Sequence record: NC_061446.1
Length of the DNA stretch: 64,000 bases
Strand: one strand, 5' to 3'
Shown: positions 1 through 10,487 of the stretch, one piece after another
Numbering within the stretch: the first letter of the stretch is position 1
Layout of the letters: each line of letters opens with the position of its first letter
The notes under the pieces: model-generated
Databases searched by the model: none
Seen by the model: only the letters and a program-made list of their open reading frames with translations
What the model was told of the DNA's origin: nothing
Translations under genes and position numbers: made by a program

Positions 1-1461
1 CCAAAGATTAAAGAAGCATACCGGACGGCCATGATGGGTCGTCTGGGTACTTCTCACTTTAGTTCGGAAGTCACTCGCAAGGCATTCCGCCGCATAACTA
101 AGCTGGTAGAAGTCAAGAGCGAAATAATTGAATGGGACGACTTGCTGGAAGACCCTAACCTGAGTGAGGAATTCAGGGATAGTCTGCGTGAAGCGGAAGA
201 AACTCCAGCAAAGACCATGAAAGGCTTTGATAAGATCTACGATAGTCTGGAGAAGTATCGCCAGCGTCGTGACATTATGAATCTGGGTAAACAGATAGCC
301 AAAGATTTTGGCGAAGCTGACCCGGAGGAATTCGACGAGCAGACGTATATGCAAGAGCTGGCTGATAAGCTCGGGCAGGCGCAGCGTGGCACACGAACGA
401 CTGAAAAAGTTTGGACGTTTGGTGGCAAGAAGTCGAACGCAACAAAGTTAGCGAAGCAGGTAATCACCAACCCGAAAGAAGTGATGTACAAGACTGGCTT
501 CAAATCGTATGACAACAAGAACGGCGGTTGGCCGACTACTGGTGTCGTGCTGTTAGCTGGTTCGACGTCTGGCGGTAAGTCTGTGTTGTCAATGAACATC
601 GCAGACCGCATGGCAAAGATCAATGGTATTCACTGTCTCAAGGTCACTCTCGAAATGACCGCCGAGCAGGAAATGAAGCGTATGCTGTCCATGATCAGCG
701 GCATCGACTTCTGGAAGATCAAGCAGGGCAAGCTGTCGCAGCGTGAGCAGAAAGAACTGCTGAAAGCCGCGAAGAAGTACGACAAGATCATGAGCAAGTC
801 GAAGGGACGTAACTCGTTCACTTCGCCTGAGCGTGGCATGTCGATTGATGACGTTCTGTATATGTCGATTCCGTATGGCGTACACGTAACGTTCATCGAC
901 TACGTTGGTCTGCTTGAAGGTATCGACAACGACAACCAGTGGCGTGAACTGTCTACCGTTGTTCGTAAAGCGAAAGTACACGCGTCGGCTACCGGCCAGC
1001 TTGTTGTTATTCTCTGTCAGTTGGATGACCAGTCTGGTCGTATTCGTTACTCCGGTGGTATGCGTGAGCACGCCGACGTTGTGTGGGCGTGGAACTACTC
1101 TGACCCTGAGATCCGTGAAGGCAAAATCATTCCTGTTCAGGTAATGAAAGCGCGTGATGGTGAACTGTTCGAGATGCCTCTGAAAGACGTGTTTGAGAAA
1201 ATGCGTGTTGAAGATGCAGAAGAGGGTACAGAGGTACCGAAGTCGAAAGCTATATCTGCTGACGATATGGAAGGCGGAGATTCCAAGAAGAAATTCGGAA
1301 AAGGTAATTTCAAGAAGAAAGGTGATAAGATTGAGATTAAGAAGTCTCGTCGTGGCGCTGCTGCGTTCCTTAATTCGGGTAACGATAGCGATGACGATGA
1401 TGACGATGACGACGACCTACCGAAGAAAAAGAAAAAGCGCAAGTCCTATGACGTAGCTTAG
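1..1461 (+). CDS. dnaB: DnaB-like replicative helicase, 5'-truncated by window edge
   Basis: Walker A GSTSGGKS, TLEM, Walker B FIDYVGLL, RYSGGMREHAD, KARDG; frame is open from base 1 (PKIKEAYRTAM...). Confidence 0.9.
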   Translation, partial: PKIKEAYRTAMMGRLGTSHFSSEVTRKAFRRITKLVEVKSEIIEWDDLLEDPNLSEEFRDSLREAEETPAKTMKGFDKIYDSLEKYRQRRDIMNLGKQIAKDFGEADPEEFDEQTYMQELADKLGQAQRGTRTTEKVWTFGGKKSNATKLAKQVITNPKEVMYKTGFKSYDNKNGGWPTTGVVLLAGSTSGGKSVLSMNIADRMAKINGIHCLKVTLEMTAEQEMKRMLSMISGIDFWKIKQGKLSQREQKELLKAAKKYDKIMSKSKGRNSFTSPERGMSIDDVLYMSIPYGVHVTFIDYVGLLEGIDNDNQWRELSTVVRKAKVHASATGQLVVILCQLDDQSGRIRYSGGMREHADVVWAWNYSDPEIREGKIIPVQVMKARDGELFEMPLKDVFEKMRVEDAEEGTEVPKSKAISADDMEGGDSKKKFGKGNFKKKGDKIEIKKSRRGAAAFLNSGNDSDDDDDDDDDLPKKKKKRKSYDVA

Positions 1462-1469
1462 GAGTCTTC

Positions 1470-1712
1470 ATGGACAATATCGAATGGCTCGTCTTTGATG
1501 ATGAAGCCCGTAACAACATAGACAAGGATTATGTCTATCACATCCGCACCAAGGAGGGTGCGGAGTACAGTGGTATGTACCCGAACGGTAATGGCTTCCA
1601 CTGTCAGAACCCAGGTGAAGGTCGTCGGACTGATATGAGTGATGTTACTCACTATTCGGTTCAGATGACCTTTGACGATCATGCCGACCAGTTCGTATTC
1701 AAACGTGGGTAA
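1470..1712 (+). CDS. hypothetical protein (80 aa)
   Basis: GGAG RBS then ATG directly after the helicase stop. Confidence 0.75.
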   Translation: MDNIEWLVFDDEARNNIDKDYVYHIRTKEGAEYSGMYPNGNGFHCQNPGEGRRTDMSDVTHYSVQMTFDDHADQFVFKRG

Positions 1713-2508
1713 GCAGTTCGAAGGCCCATACGGACTTGTTGAGTCTGATTCCCTTGTCCCACGTTGGACGTACCCTGTTAGGCATGGACAGGTGCGTCGT
1801 GTAGAAGCGTGGGAACTAGATAAGTTATCAAACACCACAACGCAAGTGCGTATGGTGAATGATATCCATGCGATTCACAGCACGCCAGTAGAGGACTACG
1901 ATGATGACGCACTCGACCTCGACGAAGAAGCCGCAGCGCTCTCAAAAACTGAGTCCCGACTTCTTATCAAGCCTCGACTCAATGAAGTCAGAGCCCGTAA
2001 AAACAAAAACCACGTTGGTCCAGAAAACGTCTTCACCGTCGAAAGTGAAGTAATTGACGGTACGCTGGATAGCGTCGATGAACACGCAAAGACCTTCCGT
2101 GATTATTTGCTACATCAGGTATTCAGCCCTATACTTGGGTTTGATATTGCTGCGGGTGAAGTCGAAGCGATCTCGAAAGACTGTCTCAAAACAGACCTAG
2201 AGATTGATAGCGAGCTTGTGCCTTATATCGAGCGCGTAGGGCTTGCTAACATCATCGGTGTAATGCTCTCAAAGTCTCAGTCCGTGCCAGAGTCAGTGCG
2301 CAGTGATGTGCTGAAAGACTGGCTAATCAAATCGTTTGACGATGTACGCGCAGAGCATAAAGCGAAGACGGGAACCAATACGTTACGCGCCCAGATACGT
2401 CGATTAATGCACGGCAATGATGACCTTGTTGCTAAAGGCGTTGGTATAGGAACAACGCGCGGTTACACTGAACACAGGAAGAAGCAGAACGAGAATGGCC
2501 AAGCCTAA
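1672..2508 (+). CDS. hypothetical protein upstream of terL (small-terminase position; start uncertain, maybe 1852)
   Basis: Long ORF whose end overlaps the terL start; no recognisable motif. Confidence 0.55.
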   Translation: MTIMPTSSYSNVGKQFEGPYGLVESDSLVPRWTYPVRHGQVRRVEAWELDKLSNTTTQVRMVNDIHAIHSTPVEDYDDDALDLDEEAAALSKTESRLLIKPRLNEVRARKNKNHVGPENVFTVESEVIDGTLDSVDEHAKTFRDYLLHQVFSPILGFDIAAGEVEAISKDCLKTDLEIDSELVPYIERVGLANIIGVMLSKSQSVPESVRSDVLKDWLIKSFDDVRAEHKAKTGTNTLRAQIRRLMHGNDDLVAKGVGIGTTRGYTEHRKKQNENGQA

Positions 2509-5326
2509 AAAGGGCCCAGCTTTTACCATACGTCCAAAACGAATAGCTGCGTTTGACGCGCTGCTTGGTGATGACGTAAAGGTGAAAGCCTCCTCTGACG
2601 ATGAAGATTTTCTGTCAGAGAATAGTTCGAGTGCGATTAGCTTTCTCGAAAAGGGCGAGGTCAACATTGTTGATCTCGTTGAAGGCGCTTTAGAACAACG
2701 CACACTTGTGCCGCGTGACTTGAAGTTTGATGACAGTGCAATGCCTAAGGCGAAACACTTCCTTGAGTGGTGTACGAGTCCTGACTTCTTAAAAGCAGAT
2801 CCGTATCTCGAACAGGCCCTTATTGGCCTTCGTCTATTCGGCGAAATTTGTGTACGCTGTAGTCCTAACTTGCAGTGGATGTACACAGAGAATCATGAGC
2901 CACAAGAAACTACAGCCGCGATTGAGAAGCATCTGCACCTGTTGCACAATGGTGTATGCCCTCATTGCGGCGCTCGTCGTTCTGAGATGATTAAAAACGG
3001 TGAGATGAACTTCTATAACGAACTGGCGGTGAACGCCGGACAGCGTTGTGTGATAGCGTCAACTCCTGTTCTTACTTCTCGTGGCATCATGCCCATAGGT
3101 CACATGATGATTGGACACGACAGTCCTGGGTTCCATAAGCCGCAGCGTAACTTCAATGCGCATAACGGCCGTGAGATCAAGAACGTCAGTCAAGTTTATG
3201 TGTCCGATGAAGCACCCACCAAAGTCGTTACGCTTGCAAACGGCATGTGGATTGAAGCAACTCATGAACACCCCGTGCGTACTGAGCAGGGCTTCAAGAA
3301 AGTGTCGAAGCTGCGTGGCGGTGAGCGTATTGAGATTAAGCTCGGTACGAACTCGTGGGGCAAGATTCAACGTCCTGTCAGTATCTATGATGCTGGTCTG
3401 TCTACCCGTGAAGAAGCGTTGCGTTATATCTCCGAACGCAGTGTGCCTCTTGGCGAGAAGATGCAGTACGTTACCGAAGACGTTGACGCACTTCAAATGG
3501 TGTGGTCGATTCTTATCAATGCTGGTCACATGCCGCAGATCGTTCACGGTACGCGTATGTGGAGCTTGGTGTATGACTTGACCGAGAAGCCTGAGTGTCG
3601 TTCTGTTCACGTCGAAGTAATATCCGTTGACGACGGTACTCCGCAGGTAACGTATGACTTGCAGATGGAAGGTCTGCCTCAATTCGTAGCCAGCGGTATG
3701 CTGCACCACAACAGCGGTAAGTCCGTTGTAGTAGCAATGATCTCTACCTATCTGACGCACAGGCTGCTTATGTCGCAGTCACCTACAGGCATTCTGAGCA
3801 TCGACAACACAACCGTACTGCACGGCACGTTCGTCGCACTGACGCAGAAGCAAGCGGCAGATACACTCTGGACTCCATACTTCAACTACATTATGGGTAG
3901 TCCTTGGTTCCAAGCATACCACGATGTGATTCGCAAACACGAACGCCGTTATGGTATAGAGGTGATGAAGATTCGTGACACGTTCGTTCTGTACGGTCAT
4001 CGTAACTTTGTTATCTACCCTGCTGGGCCAGATGGTCGTATTCTTCGTGGTCGAACCCGTGTACTGGCGGTAATCGACGAAGTGGCGTACTTCGACAACG
4101 ACGCCCAATCGAAGAAGATCAAAGTAAGTGCTGGTGCGGTGTATGGTGCACTTGACCGTTCACTCGCAACCGTCCGCGCTAAAGAAAAACGCCAGGTCGA
4201 AGCTGGTTATGATGAAGCGTTCACAGGTTACTTCTGCAACATCAGTAGCCCGGTACACGCCCGTGATAAAATCAACGAACTGCTTCGTATGTCAGTTGGC
4301 TCGAAGACGCTGCTTGGGATTCACGCTCCTACATGGAAGATGAACCCAGACATGCCGCGTAACTCCGAGTTCCTACTTGAAGCGTTTCGTCGTGACCCTG
4401 TAGGTGCAGCCCGAGATTATGGAGCTGAGGCACCGTTGTCTGCAAACCCTTTCATCACGCAGCCTACGTTTATCGCAGATGCTATCCGTGCGAAAGGTCG
4501 TTCGATGTGTACTTATACCCACCACATCATTCGACACAAAGATGGCGAACGCCAGCGTTATGGCAGTCTCGTCAAAGCGGCAACGACAACCAAAGCGTCG
4601 ATACTTGCAATTGACGCAGGCTTCTCAAACAACAGCTTCGCACTCGTCACAGGGTCACGCGATGATGCAGGGATTATCAGTGTCGATTGTCTTGTGGAGA
4701 TCGTACCTAAGCCAGGCATCCCGCTCAACTATACCCTCATATTTGACGAACTCCTAATTCCGTTGTGCAAAGCGCGTAACGTTCGCGTAATGCTTGCTGA
4801 CCAGTGGCAGTCACTCAAGCTGCTGCAAGATGCGAAACTGAAAGTGGATTCAATTGAGGAGTCCGACCAGTATAGCCTGAAGTATCAGGATATGTGGACG
4901 GTCAAGACGATGTTCGAGTCAAACCCAAGTCGTATCAGTCTGCCTCGCATGGTTCACGCAGAGACGATTGCTGACACATTGAAATACGACGGAGACGAAT
5001 ATCCTCAGTGCTTCGAGAACAAACCAACAGAGCACTTGATCATGCAATTGCAGACGGTACAAGATACCGGACGCAGCGTAATCAAGAACACAGGGGCAAC
5101 CGATGACCTGTGGCGAGCAATGGCACTCATGGTATATGGATTTGAGTGTGGTGAGTACGACGAGTATCTGACGAAAGCCGCAGAGGTGACTGTTAACCGT
5201 GACCCGAATCGCTTGGGCCGCGTAGCACATCGTCTTAACTCAGGCACTGCCGGTAGCTCACGCCCTGCGCTGACAGGTGGTCGAGTTCTTGGTTCTGCTC
5301 GTACCCGAATGATTGGCCGTAAATAA
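2495..5326 (+). CDS. terL: terminase large subunit, intein-containing
   Basis: After intein removal Walker A reads AGQR/SGKS; LRGRTR and Walker B VIDEVAYF; ISSP coupling motif; nuclease AIDAG...DDLW; lies next to portal. Confidence 0.9.
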   Translation: MAKPKKGPAFTIRPKRIAAFDALLGDDVKVKASSDDEDFLSENSSSAISFLEKGEVNIVDLVEGALEQRTLVPRDLKFDDSAMPKAKHFLEWCTSPDFLKADPYLEQALIGLRLFGEICVRCSPNLQWMYTENHEPQETTAAIEKHLHLLHNGVCPHCGARRSEMIKNGEMNFYNELAVNAGQRCVIASTPVLTSRGIMPIGHMMIGHDSPGFHKPQRNFNAHNGREIKNVSQVYVSDEAPTKVVTLANGMWIEATHEHPVRTEQGFKKVSKLRGGERIEIKLGTNSWGKIQRPVSIYDAGLSTREEALRYISERSVPLGEKMQYVTEDVDALQMVWSILINAGHMPQIVHGTRMWSLVYDLTEKPECRSVHVEVISVDDGTPQVTYDLQMEGLPQFVASGMLHHNSGKSVVVAMISTYLTHRLLMSQSPTGILSIDNTTVLHGTFVALTQKQAADTLWTPYFNYIMGSPWFQAYHDVIRKHERRYGIEVMKIRDTFVLYGHRNFVIYPAGPDGRILRGRTRVLAVIDEVAYFDNDAQSKKIKVSAGAVYGALDRSLATVRAKEKRQVEAGYDEAFTGYFCNISSPVHARDKINELLRMSVGSKTLLGIHAPTWKMNPDMPRNSEFLLEAFRRDPVGAARDYGAEAPLSANPFITQPTFIADAIRAKGRSMCTYTHHIIRHKDGERQRYGSLVKAATTTKASILAIDAGFSNNSFALVTGSRDDAGIISVDCLVEIVPKPGIPLNYTLIFDELLIPLCKARNVRVMLADQWQSLKLLQDAKLKVDSIEESDQYSLKYQDMWTVKTMFESNPSRISLPRMVHAETIADTLKYDGDEYPQCFENKPTEHLIMQLQTVQDTGRSVIKNTGATDDLWRAMALMVYGFECGEYDEYLTKAAEVTVNRDPNRLGRVAHRLNSGTAGSSRPALTGGRVLGSARTRMIGRK
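3047..3712 (+). mobile_element. intein (222 aa) in the TerL Walker A, endonuclease reduced or degenerate
   Basis: Starts Cys (CVIASTPV), block B ATHEHP, ends YDLQMEG...HHN followed by +1 Ser. Confidence 0.92.
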
Positions 5327-5366
5327 GCTAATTTAGTAGAGTACAGTAATCACAAGGAACAAGATC

Positions 5367-5582
5367 ATGAGCAAGCATTATAACCCGTTGCTGAACAATA
5401 ACTCTGTAAAGTCAGAGTCTGGAGCGAACTCTGTGGAGAGCACAAGTGGCGCATTTGTTGTTGCGTCTGCTAACGTCTGTCCTAAATGTAGCTCCACTAC
5501 AGTGCCGACTAAACTGCTTTCCGGTGAGGACGTAATGTTCTGCACCGGTTGCCGCGTAAGTCTCGCAATCCCTTTAGAGTGA
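5367..5582 (+). CDS. small zinc-ribbon protein
   Basis: CPKC...CTGC pairs; AAGGA RBS. Confidence 0.75.
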   Translation: MSKHYNPLLNNNSVKSESGANSVESTSGAFVVASANVCPKCSSTTVPTKLLSGEDVMFCTGCRVSLAIPLE

Positions 5583-5589
5583 GGTAACG

Positions 5590-7530
5590 ATGGGTATTCA
5601 GGTTGGTCGTCGTCAATTGGGCGGCGCACCCTCGGAGCCTGCAAAGAAGAAACAAAATTCTCTCGGCGCAGCCTCTTTACCGCGCGAGATAGGCAAAGCA
5701 ATCCGCAGTGAGAGTTCACGTCGTCACACAGACTTCGTATCTCAATCTGCGGGTGGCGCAGGAATGGCTGCTGGTAACATGCAGATTGGTTCTGTACCTC
5801 TGGATATCGACTTAGAGCCGATGATGGAAGGTATGGACTATGATGCTGACGACCGACAGCTATTCAATGTCTACCGCGATATGTACCACTTCGACCCAAT
5901 CTGCGGCTCCTACGTAGACTTGTTCTCAACGCTGCCATTCTCCGACGTGAGTTTCAGTGGCGCGAAGGACAGTGTGCTTGAGCCGTACTACGAAGTGAAC
6001 GAGCGTCTGTCACTGACCACCAGCATGCCGAATATCACAACAGATATTCAGGTTACTGGCGCGTTTGTTGGCAGTATGATATACAACAAAGACCGTAAGA
6101 AGTTCATCGACCTGATGACGCACCGTTACGACAACATCGACGTAACGCCTCTGCCGTTTATCAGCCAAGACCCGATGTTCGAGTTGCGTATTCCACAGTA
6201 CGTGAAGTCTGCCTTCGCTAAAGAAGGTAAACGTATTGACGCGCTGAAAAAAGAACTCGGCTCGGGTTTCGTTGATAAGTTGATGAACGACGTGACGATG
6301 GAACTCGACCCTATCGGCACAATCTATATTCCACGTAAGACGTTCAGCTTTGGCGAAGGTATCTCGGTGTTACGCCGTGTGCTGCCTATTTGGCTGATCG
6401 AAAAGAACCTGTATCGTGGAACGCTGATTGAGTCTGGTCGTCGTCAACGCGGTATCTTACATGCCCAGCTGGGTGATGGTGATCAGTGGGAACCGTCGCA
6501 AGAAGAAATGGACTTTATGACCGACCTTCTTCTGTCTGCGGATAGTGACCCGATTGGATCTATCATCACAACTCGTTTGGGCGTGAACATCAGTGAGTTC
6601 CGTCAAGGCGGTGACTTCTGGAAGATTACGGATATCTGGGACCAGACTGCGCAATTCAAAATGCGCGCGATGGGAATCAGTGAAGCGTTCCTCAGTGGTG
6701 AAGCGAACTATGACTCTGGCGCTGCTGGCCTGACGATCTTCGTTGAAGCCATGCGAGCGTTCCGTGATCATCTGACGCGTAAAGTCTACTATGAGAAAGT
6801 CTTCCCGCTTATCAGTATGATGAATGGCCTTGCTGTTCAGCGTAACGGTAAGATCATCAAGAAGAACAATCTCATGGAAGGCGGCCTGACCGAAGTAATG
6901 TACAAACTGAATGACGGTAGCAAACTGTTTATTCCGAACGTGCATTGGTCTAAGCAACTGCGTCCTGACGTTGACCAAGCGATGATGGAAAACTTACGTG
7001 CGATGACTGAGCTAGGCGTTCCGGTTCCGTTACGTGCTATCGCTGCTGCTGGCGGGTATAACTTCGACCAGATTCTTATGGATCAGGATGAAGACCTCGC
7101 TATGCGCCGTAAGCTGATGGCCTATCGCAAACGTCAGTCTGAAATCGACGCTGAGTTTGCTCCGCCTGAGCCTGGTGCTGGTGGGGATGGTGACAGCTTT
7201 AGTTCTGTCAGTAGTATGTCTGCTGATCGTGACCTACAACGTCGCCGTCGTCACATCGCGGGCATTGGTCTGTCTTCTGCTGTTCTTGGTGGTGAGCAAC
7301 GTAAGCTGCTTAACCGAGACTTTGGTGAGCGTTCTGAGATCTTCGAAATCGGTAAGACCGGTAAGAAGAAGCACGTCTTCCGTCAGTCCGTGGCAAACAG
7401 TAAAGCAAACGATGCTATCTGGAAAGCCTCTAAGAACTATGAAGCCAACAAAACGATGCCTCTTGATAACGGTAAGGTGTCCTTCCAGCCTACGCCTCAG
7501 GAGCTTCGTGCAATGTCGAGACTTCGTTAA
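5590..7530 (+). CDS. portal protein (probable)
   Basis: 646 aa directly after terL; segment MRAMGISEAFLSGEANY resembles T4-type portal; GAGG RBS. Confidence 0.7.
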   Translation: MGIQVGRRQLGGAPSEPAKKKQNSLGAASLPREIGKAIRSESSRRHTDFVSQSAGGAGMAAGNMQIGSVPLDIDLEPMMEGMDYDADDRQLFNVYRDMYHFDPICGSYVDLFSTLPFSDVSFSGAKDSVLEPYYEVNERLSLTTSMPNITTDIQVTGAFVGSMIYNKDRKKFIDLMTHRYDNIDVTPLPFISQDPMFELRIPQYVKSAFAKEGKRIDALKKELGSGFVDKLMNDVTMELDPIGTIYIPRKTFSFGEGISVLRRVLPIWLIEKNLYRGTLIESGRRQRGILHAQLGDGDQWEPSQEEMDFMTDLLLSADSDPIGSIITTRLGVNISEFRQGGDFWKITDIWDQTAQFKMRAMGISEAFLSGEANYDSGAAGLTIFVEAMRAFRDHLTRKVYYEKVFPLISMMNGLAVQRNGKIIKKNNLMEGGLTEVMYKLNDGSKLFIPNVHWSKQLRPDVDQAMMENLRAMTELGVPVPLRAIAAAGGYNFDQILMDQDEDLAMRRKLMAYRKRQSEIDAEFAPPEPGAGGDGDSFSSVSSMSADRDLQRRRRHIAGIGLSSAVLGGEQRKLLNRDFGERSEIFEIGKTGKKKHVFRQSVANSKANDAIWKASKNYEANKTMPLDNGKVSFQPTPQELRAMSRLR

Positions 7531-7865
7531 TGTACAACGTGTCAACGTGTTCCATTGACGGCGAAGAAAAGGTGGTGGTGTATCGCCACCCTATCTTTAC
7601 CGATTACGGGATAGGCTTGAAGATTGATCGTAGTGGCGAAATGACTTCCGTTCAGTGCAACATTGTTACTGGTTCTATCGACGGACAGTCTAAGCTGGAA
7701 GTCATCACGGACCACACCGCACCCCTCGAAGTACAAGTGTGGTGTTTTACGTGTATGCTGACTCTGCGGGAATCTGTAAATATGCAGAGCCTATCATTAG
7801 ATGCCTTATTCCCAAACAACGGGGGCATCGTATACTACAACCAAAATCAGGAGAGTACATCGTGA
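7530..7865 (+). CDS. hypothetical protein
   Basis: TAATG coupling to portal stop. Confidence 0.65.
   Translation: MYNVSTCSIDGEEKVVVYRHPIFTDYGIGLKIDRSGEMTSVQCNIVTGSIDGQSKLEVITDHTAPLEVQVWCFTCMLTLRESVNMQSLSLDALFPNNGGIVYYNQNQESTS
7771..7780 (+). promoter_or_regulatory. AATCTGTAAA motif (putative phage promoter)
   Basis: Exact 10-mer recurring upstream of + strand genes; here about 80 nt before GTG 7862. Confidence 0.5.
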
Positions 7866-8248
7866 GTGGATTATTCCCGCATCGCGTTATCAGTGAGAAA
7901 GAAGGTTTCGTATTCATCGTTCAGCCTGCTGACGATAACGATCCTGATGCCGTGGACGCGGCAAAAGAGGTTGAAGAAGTTCTGAAAGAAGCGTGGCCTA
8001 CTGCGCCGTCAGAACTTACTGTTGCTGACGTGACAGACCCAGAAGAAGCCGAACTGATCTACGCTGACGTTGCGCAACTGCTGGAAGAAGCAGAGCGTGA
8101 AGAAGCGAAGCAGATCGTAATCACCAGCATCGTTATCGTTGGCAATCTGGCCATCGTCAACTGTATGCTGACCGGCGAAGATATGGAAGAAGACGACGAA
8201 GACGAAGACGATGATTCCATTGAAGCCGACGAAGAAGAGTTCGATTAA
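7862..8248 (+). CDS. highly acidic hypothetical protein
   Basis: GGAG RBS then GTG 7862; D/E-rich C-terminus. Confidence 0.75.
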   Translation: MSGLFPHRVISEKEGFVFIVQPADDNDPDAVDAAKEVEEVLKEAWPTAPSELTVADVTDPEEAELIYADVAQLLEEAEREEAKQIVITSIVIVGNLAIVNCMLTGEDMEEDDEDEDDDSIEADEEEFD

Positions 8249-8410
8249 CGTCTGCCGTGAGGACCTTCGGGTCCTCATGAATCTCGCAGATACCAACGTT
8301 GCGTATGCAGCGAAGTTCCTTACCAACAAGACAGACGACGAAGCACGTAGTTTGCTTGCTGCGCTCAAAAATGAGGAAGTAGAATCACTGTACGACTTCT
8401 TGGTGACGTA

Positions 8411-8908
8411 ATGGAAACAACATCATTGGACGAAAGTCCTAATAACGCAAGGCATCGCATCTTCTACAAGCAGCCGAAACGAGTACCTCCCTTCGATACA
8501 GCTTTCGTTCGTTCCTCAAATAAGGAAGGTCTGAAAGTTCTCCTATCGGCTGCTCCTGAACATTGTCAGATTATTTTGTTTACGGACGGTCCCGGCGCTG
8601 CTTACGCCATGAAACGCCTCTTTAAGCGCAACTTCAAACTCTGTTCGCAAGCTCTCCAACTTGACCTAAGAACTCTCACGTTCACAGGTCAGGTCGTTTT
8701 TCAGTTCGTTCGTGGTGGTGCAGTCGTCGATCCACTTTCTCGCTACTTCTGTGCTGGCGAAAGCTATTTGCATGAGCTGGCTCAGACAACGAAGATTGCT
8801 CAGGTTGATACAGATACGATTGATTTGTTCTGTTGCGGCCTAGGGTTTCATCGTGCGTTACTTGAGCGTGGTCGAGGCCGTTCTCTCGTATTCGCGGAGG
8901 AAGAATGA
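8411..8908 (+). CDS. hypothetical protein
   Basis: 165-aa ORF, ATGA-coupled to the exonuclease. Confidence 0.65.
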   Translation: METTSLDESPNNARHRIFYKQPKRVPPFDTAFVRSSNKEGLKVLLSAAPEHCQIILFTDGPGAAYAMKRLFKRNFKLCSQALQLDLRTLTFTGQVVFQFVRGGAVVDPLSRYFCAGESYLHELAQTTKIAQVDTDTIDLFCCGLGFHRALLERGRGRSLVFAEEE

Positions 8909-9933
8909 GTAGATCGTTTGCCAGTATCGGAAGGAATTCCGCGCCTGGCTCAGTGCCGAAGATGAAGATCAAGTACGGCAAGCTGCCGATGCTTCACATT
9001 GTTGATGCGTCGAACTGGATGTGCCGTGCTTACTTCGCCACGCAGAAAAGTCCTACGTATGCAAAAGATGGTACGCCTACGTATGGTCTGCGTCAGTTTA
9101 TGTACATGGCGAAAGACCTGATTGACATTGCGGCTAAAGACCCTAATGGCTCCTACATAGCTTTCTGCTTTGACCCAAGCAGTAGCGAAACGTGGCGCTA
9201 TCGTGCTCTCCAGCAATGGGCCTCAGAGCATAAGAAGAAATACATTCGACAGGTGTTCAAGAAGTCTAGCGACTACAAGGGCAATCGCGACCGTTCTCTG
9301 ACCCAAGAGCTTGGTCCGCAGATGACTCTTGCTCGTGAGATATTGAGCATGGCAGGTTATTACGTTGGGCTGAAACGTCCATACGAATGTGACGACCTTG
9401 TCGGTACGTTGAGTGACCGCTTTAAGCACGACTATCTGATCAAGCTGTACTCGCGTGATAAAGACTACGTGCAACTTGTTGACCACAAGAACGTGGAGCT
9501 TATCATGCAGGCGCAGTCGAATGCTGCCGAGCGTCGATTCGATCTCAAAACGGCACAGGGCTTCTTTGGTGTTCCGCCTGACCGTGTTGTTGATATGCTC
9601 GCGCTTTCTGGCGATAGTGTCGATAACGTTCCTGGGATTCCTGGGCTTGGCGAGAAGACTTCTGCCGAGCTTATTCGTAAGTGGGGTGGTGCTTTAGGCA
9701 TACGCGATGCGCTGCTCAGTGGTAAGCTGAAATCAAACGCAGGTTGGGCGAAAGCACTGACCATGCAGATACCAGCAATGGATATTGAATTGCAAATGGA
9801 GCTTGTAACTATCGACCGCAACGTTCCGACGTTACCTCGTAAACTCGAAGCGTTTGCACCAGGCAGACCTGATATAAAAGCGTTGAAAGCTACTAAGAAA
9901 CGCTTGGCTCTGCCTCAACTATTACACGTCTAG
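8905..9933 (+). CDS. 5'-3' exonuclease / flap endonuclease (PolA N-terminal-like)
   Basis: IVDASNWMCRAYFA, YECDDLVGTL, SRDKDYVQL, H3TH LSGDSVDNVPGIPGLGEKT. Confidence 0.92.
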   Translation: MSRSFASIGRNSAPGSVPKMKIKYGKLPMLHIVDASNWMCRAYFATQKSPTYAKDGTPTYGLRQFMYMAKDLIDIAAKDPNGSYIAFCFDPSSSETWRYRALQQWASEHKKKYIRQVFKKSSDYKGNRDRSLTQELGPQMTLAREILSMAGYYVGLKRPYECDDLVGTLSDRFKHDYLIKLYSRDKDYVQLVDHKNVELIMQAQSNAAERRFDLKTAQGFFGVPPDRVVDMLALSGDSVDNVPGIPGLGEKTSAELIRKWGGALGIRDALLSGKLKSNAGWAKALTMQIPAMDIELQMELVTIDRNVPTLPRKLEAFAPGRPDIKALKATKKRLALPQLLHV

Positions 9934-9944
9934 TAGAGGATAGC

Positions 9945-10487
9945 ATGACGGAAAAGATTACGCAGTTGGAGAAATGGTTTGATGCGTCGAAAGTCGCATT
10001 CAAAATGGGAACAGTCAATCCTGATGGTGATGCTGCGTTGCTGCTGGCAATCCATAAACGTCTGGTGAAAGAAGCCGAAGAATCTGGTGGTGAAGACACC
10101 GTGACCGCTGCTCGGGTGAGTCTGGAAGAGTTCCTTGCCGACTTGCGCAAAGAGCTTCGCATGTACGACCTGATCTGCCGTCGCTTCAACACTGATCTGT
10201 ACCAGCATATCAAAATCGGTGATGACGTTAAGATCTATGTTGCGCTCATGGCTGAAACTCCAGGCAGTGCAGTAATGGCAATGACGTACCTGTATCTCGC
10301 TCGCTGCTATACGCTGCAAGATATGGTACTGAACTTCCTCCCGAACGGCTTCCCTGCTCATGATGCTCTCGGTCTTACGTGGAGCATTCAGAAAGGGAAC
10401 AGTTCTAACTTCACCGGAAATCTGGTGGATGATATTGAAACTGTAAATAGCCTGTACAATAAGATGTATAGCTCGGGAGAGAAGTAA
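9945..10487 (+). CDS. hypothetical protein
   Basis: GAGG RBS; 180 aa. Confidence 0.75.
   Translation: MTEKITQLEKWFDASKVAFKMGTVNPDGDAALLLAIHKRLVKEAEESGGEDTVTAARVSLEEFLADLRKELRMYDLICRRFNTDLYQHIKIGDDVKIYVALMAETPGSAVMAMTYLYLARCYTLQDMVLNFLPNGFPAHDALGLTWSIQKGNSSNFTGNLVDDIETVNSLYNKMYSSGEK

Noticed and set aside
1384-1415. GAT/GAC tandem repeat as a VNTR or repeat array
   Set aside because: Mixed synonymous codons encoding poly-Asp in the helicase tail
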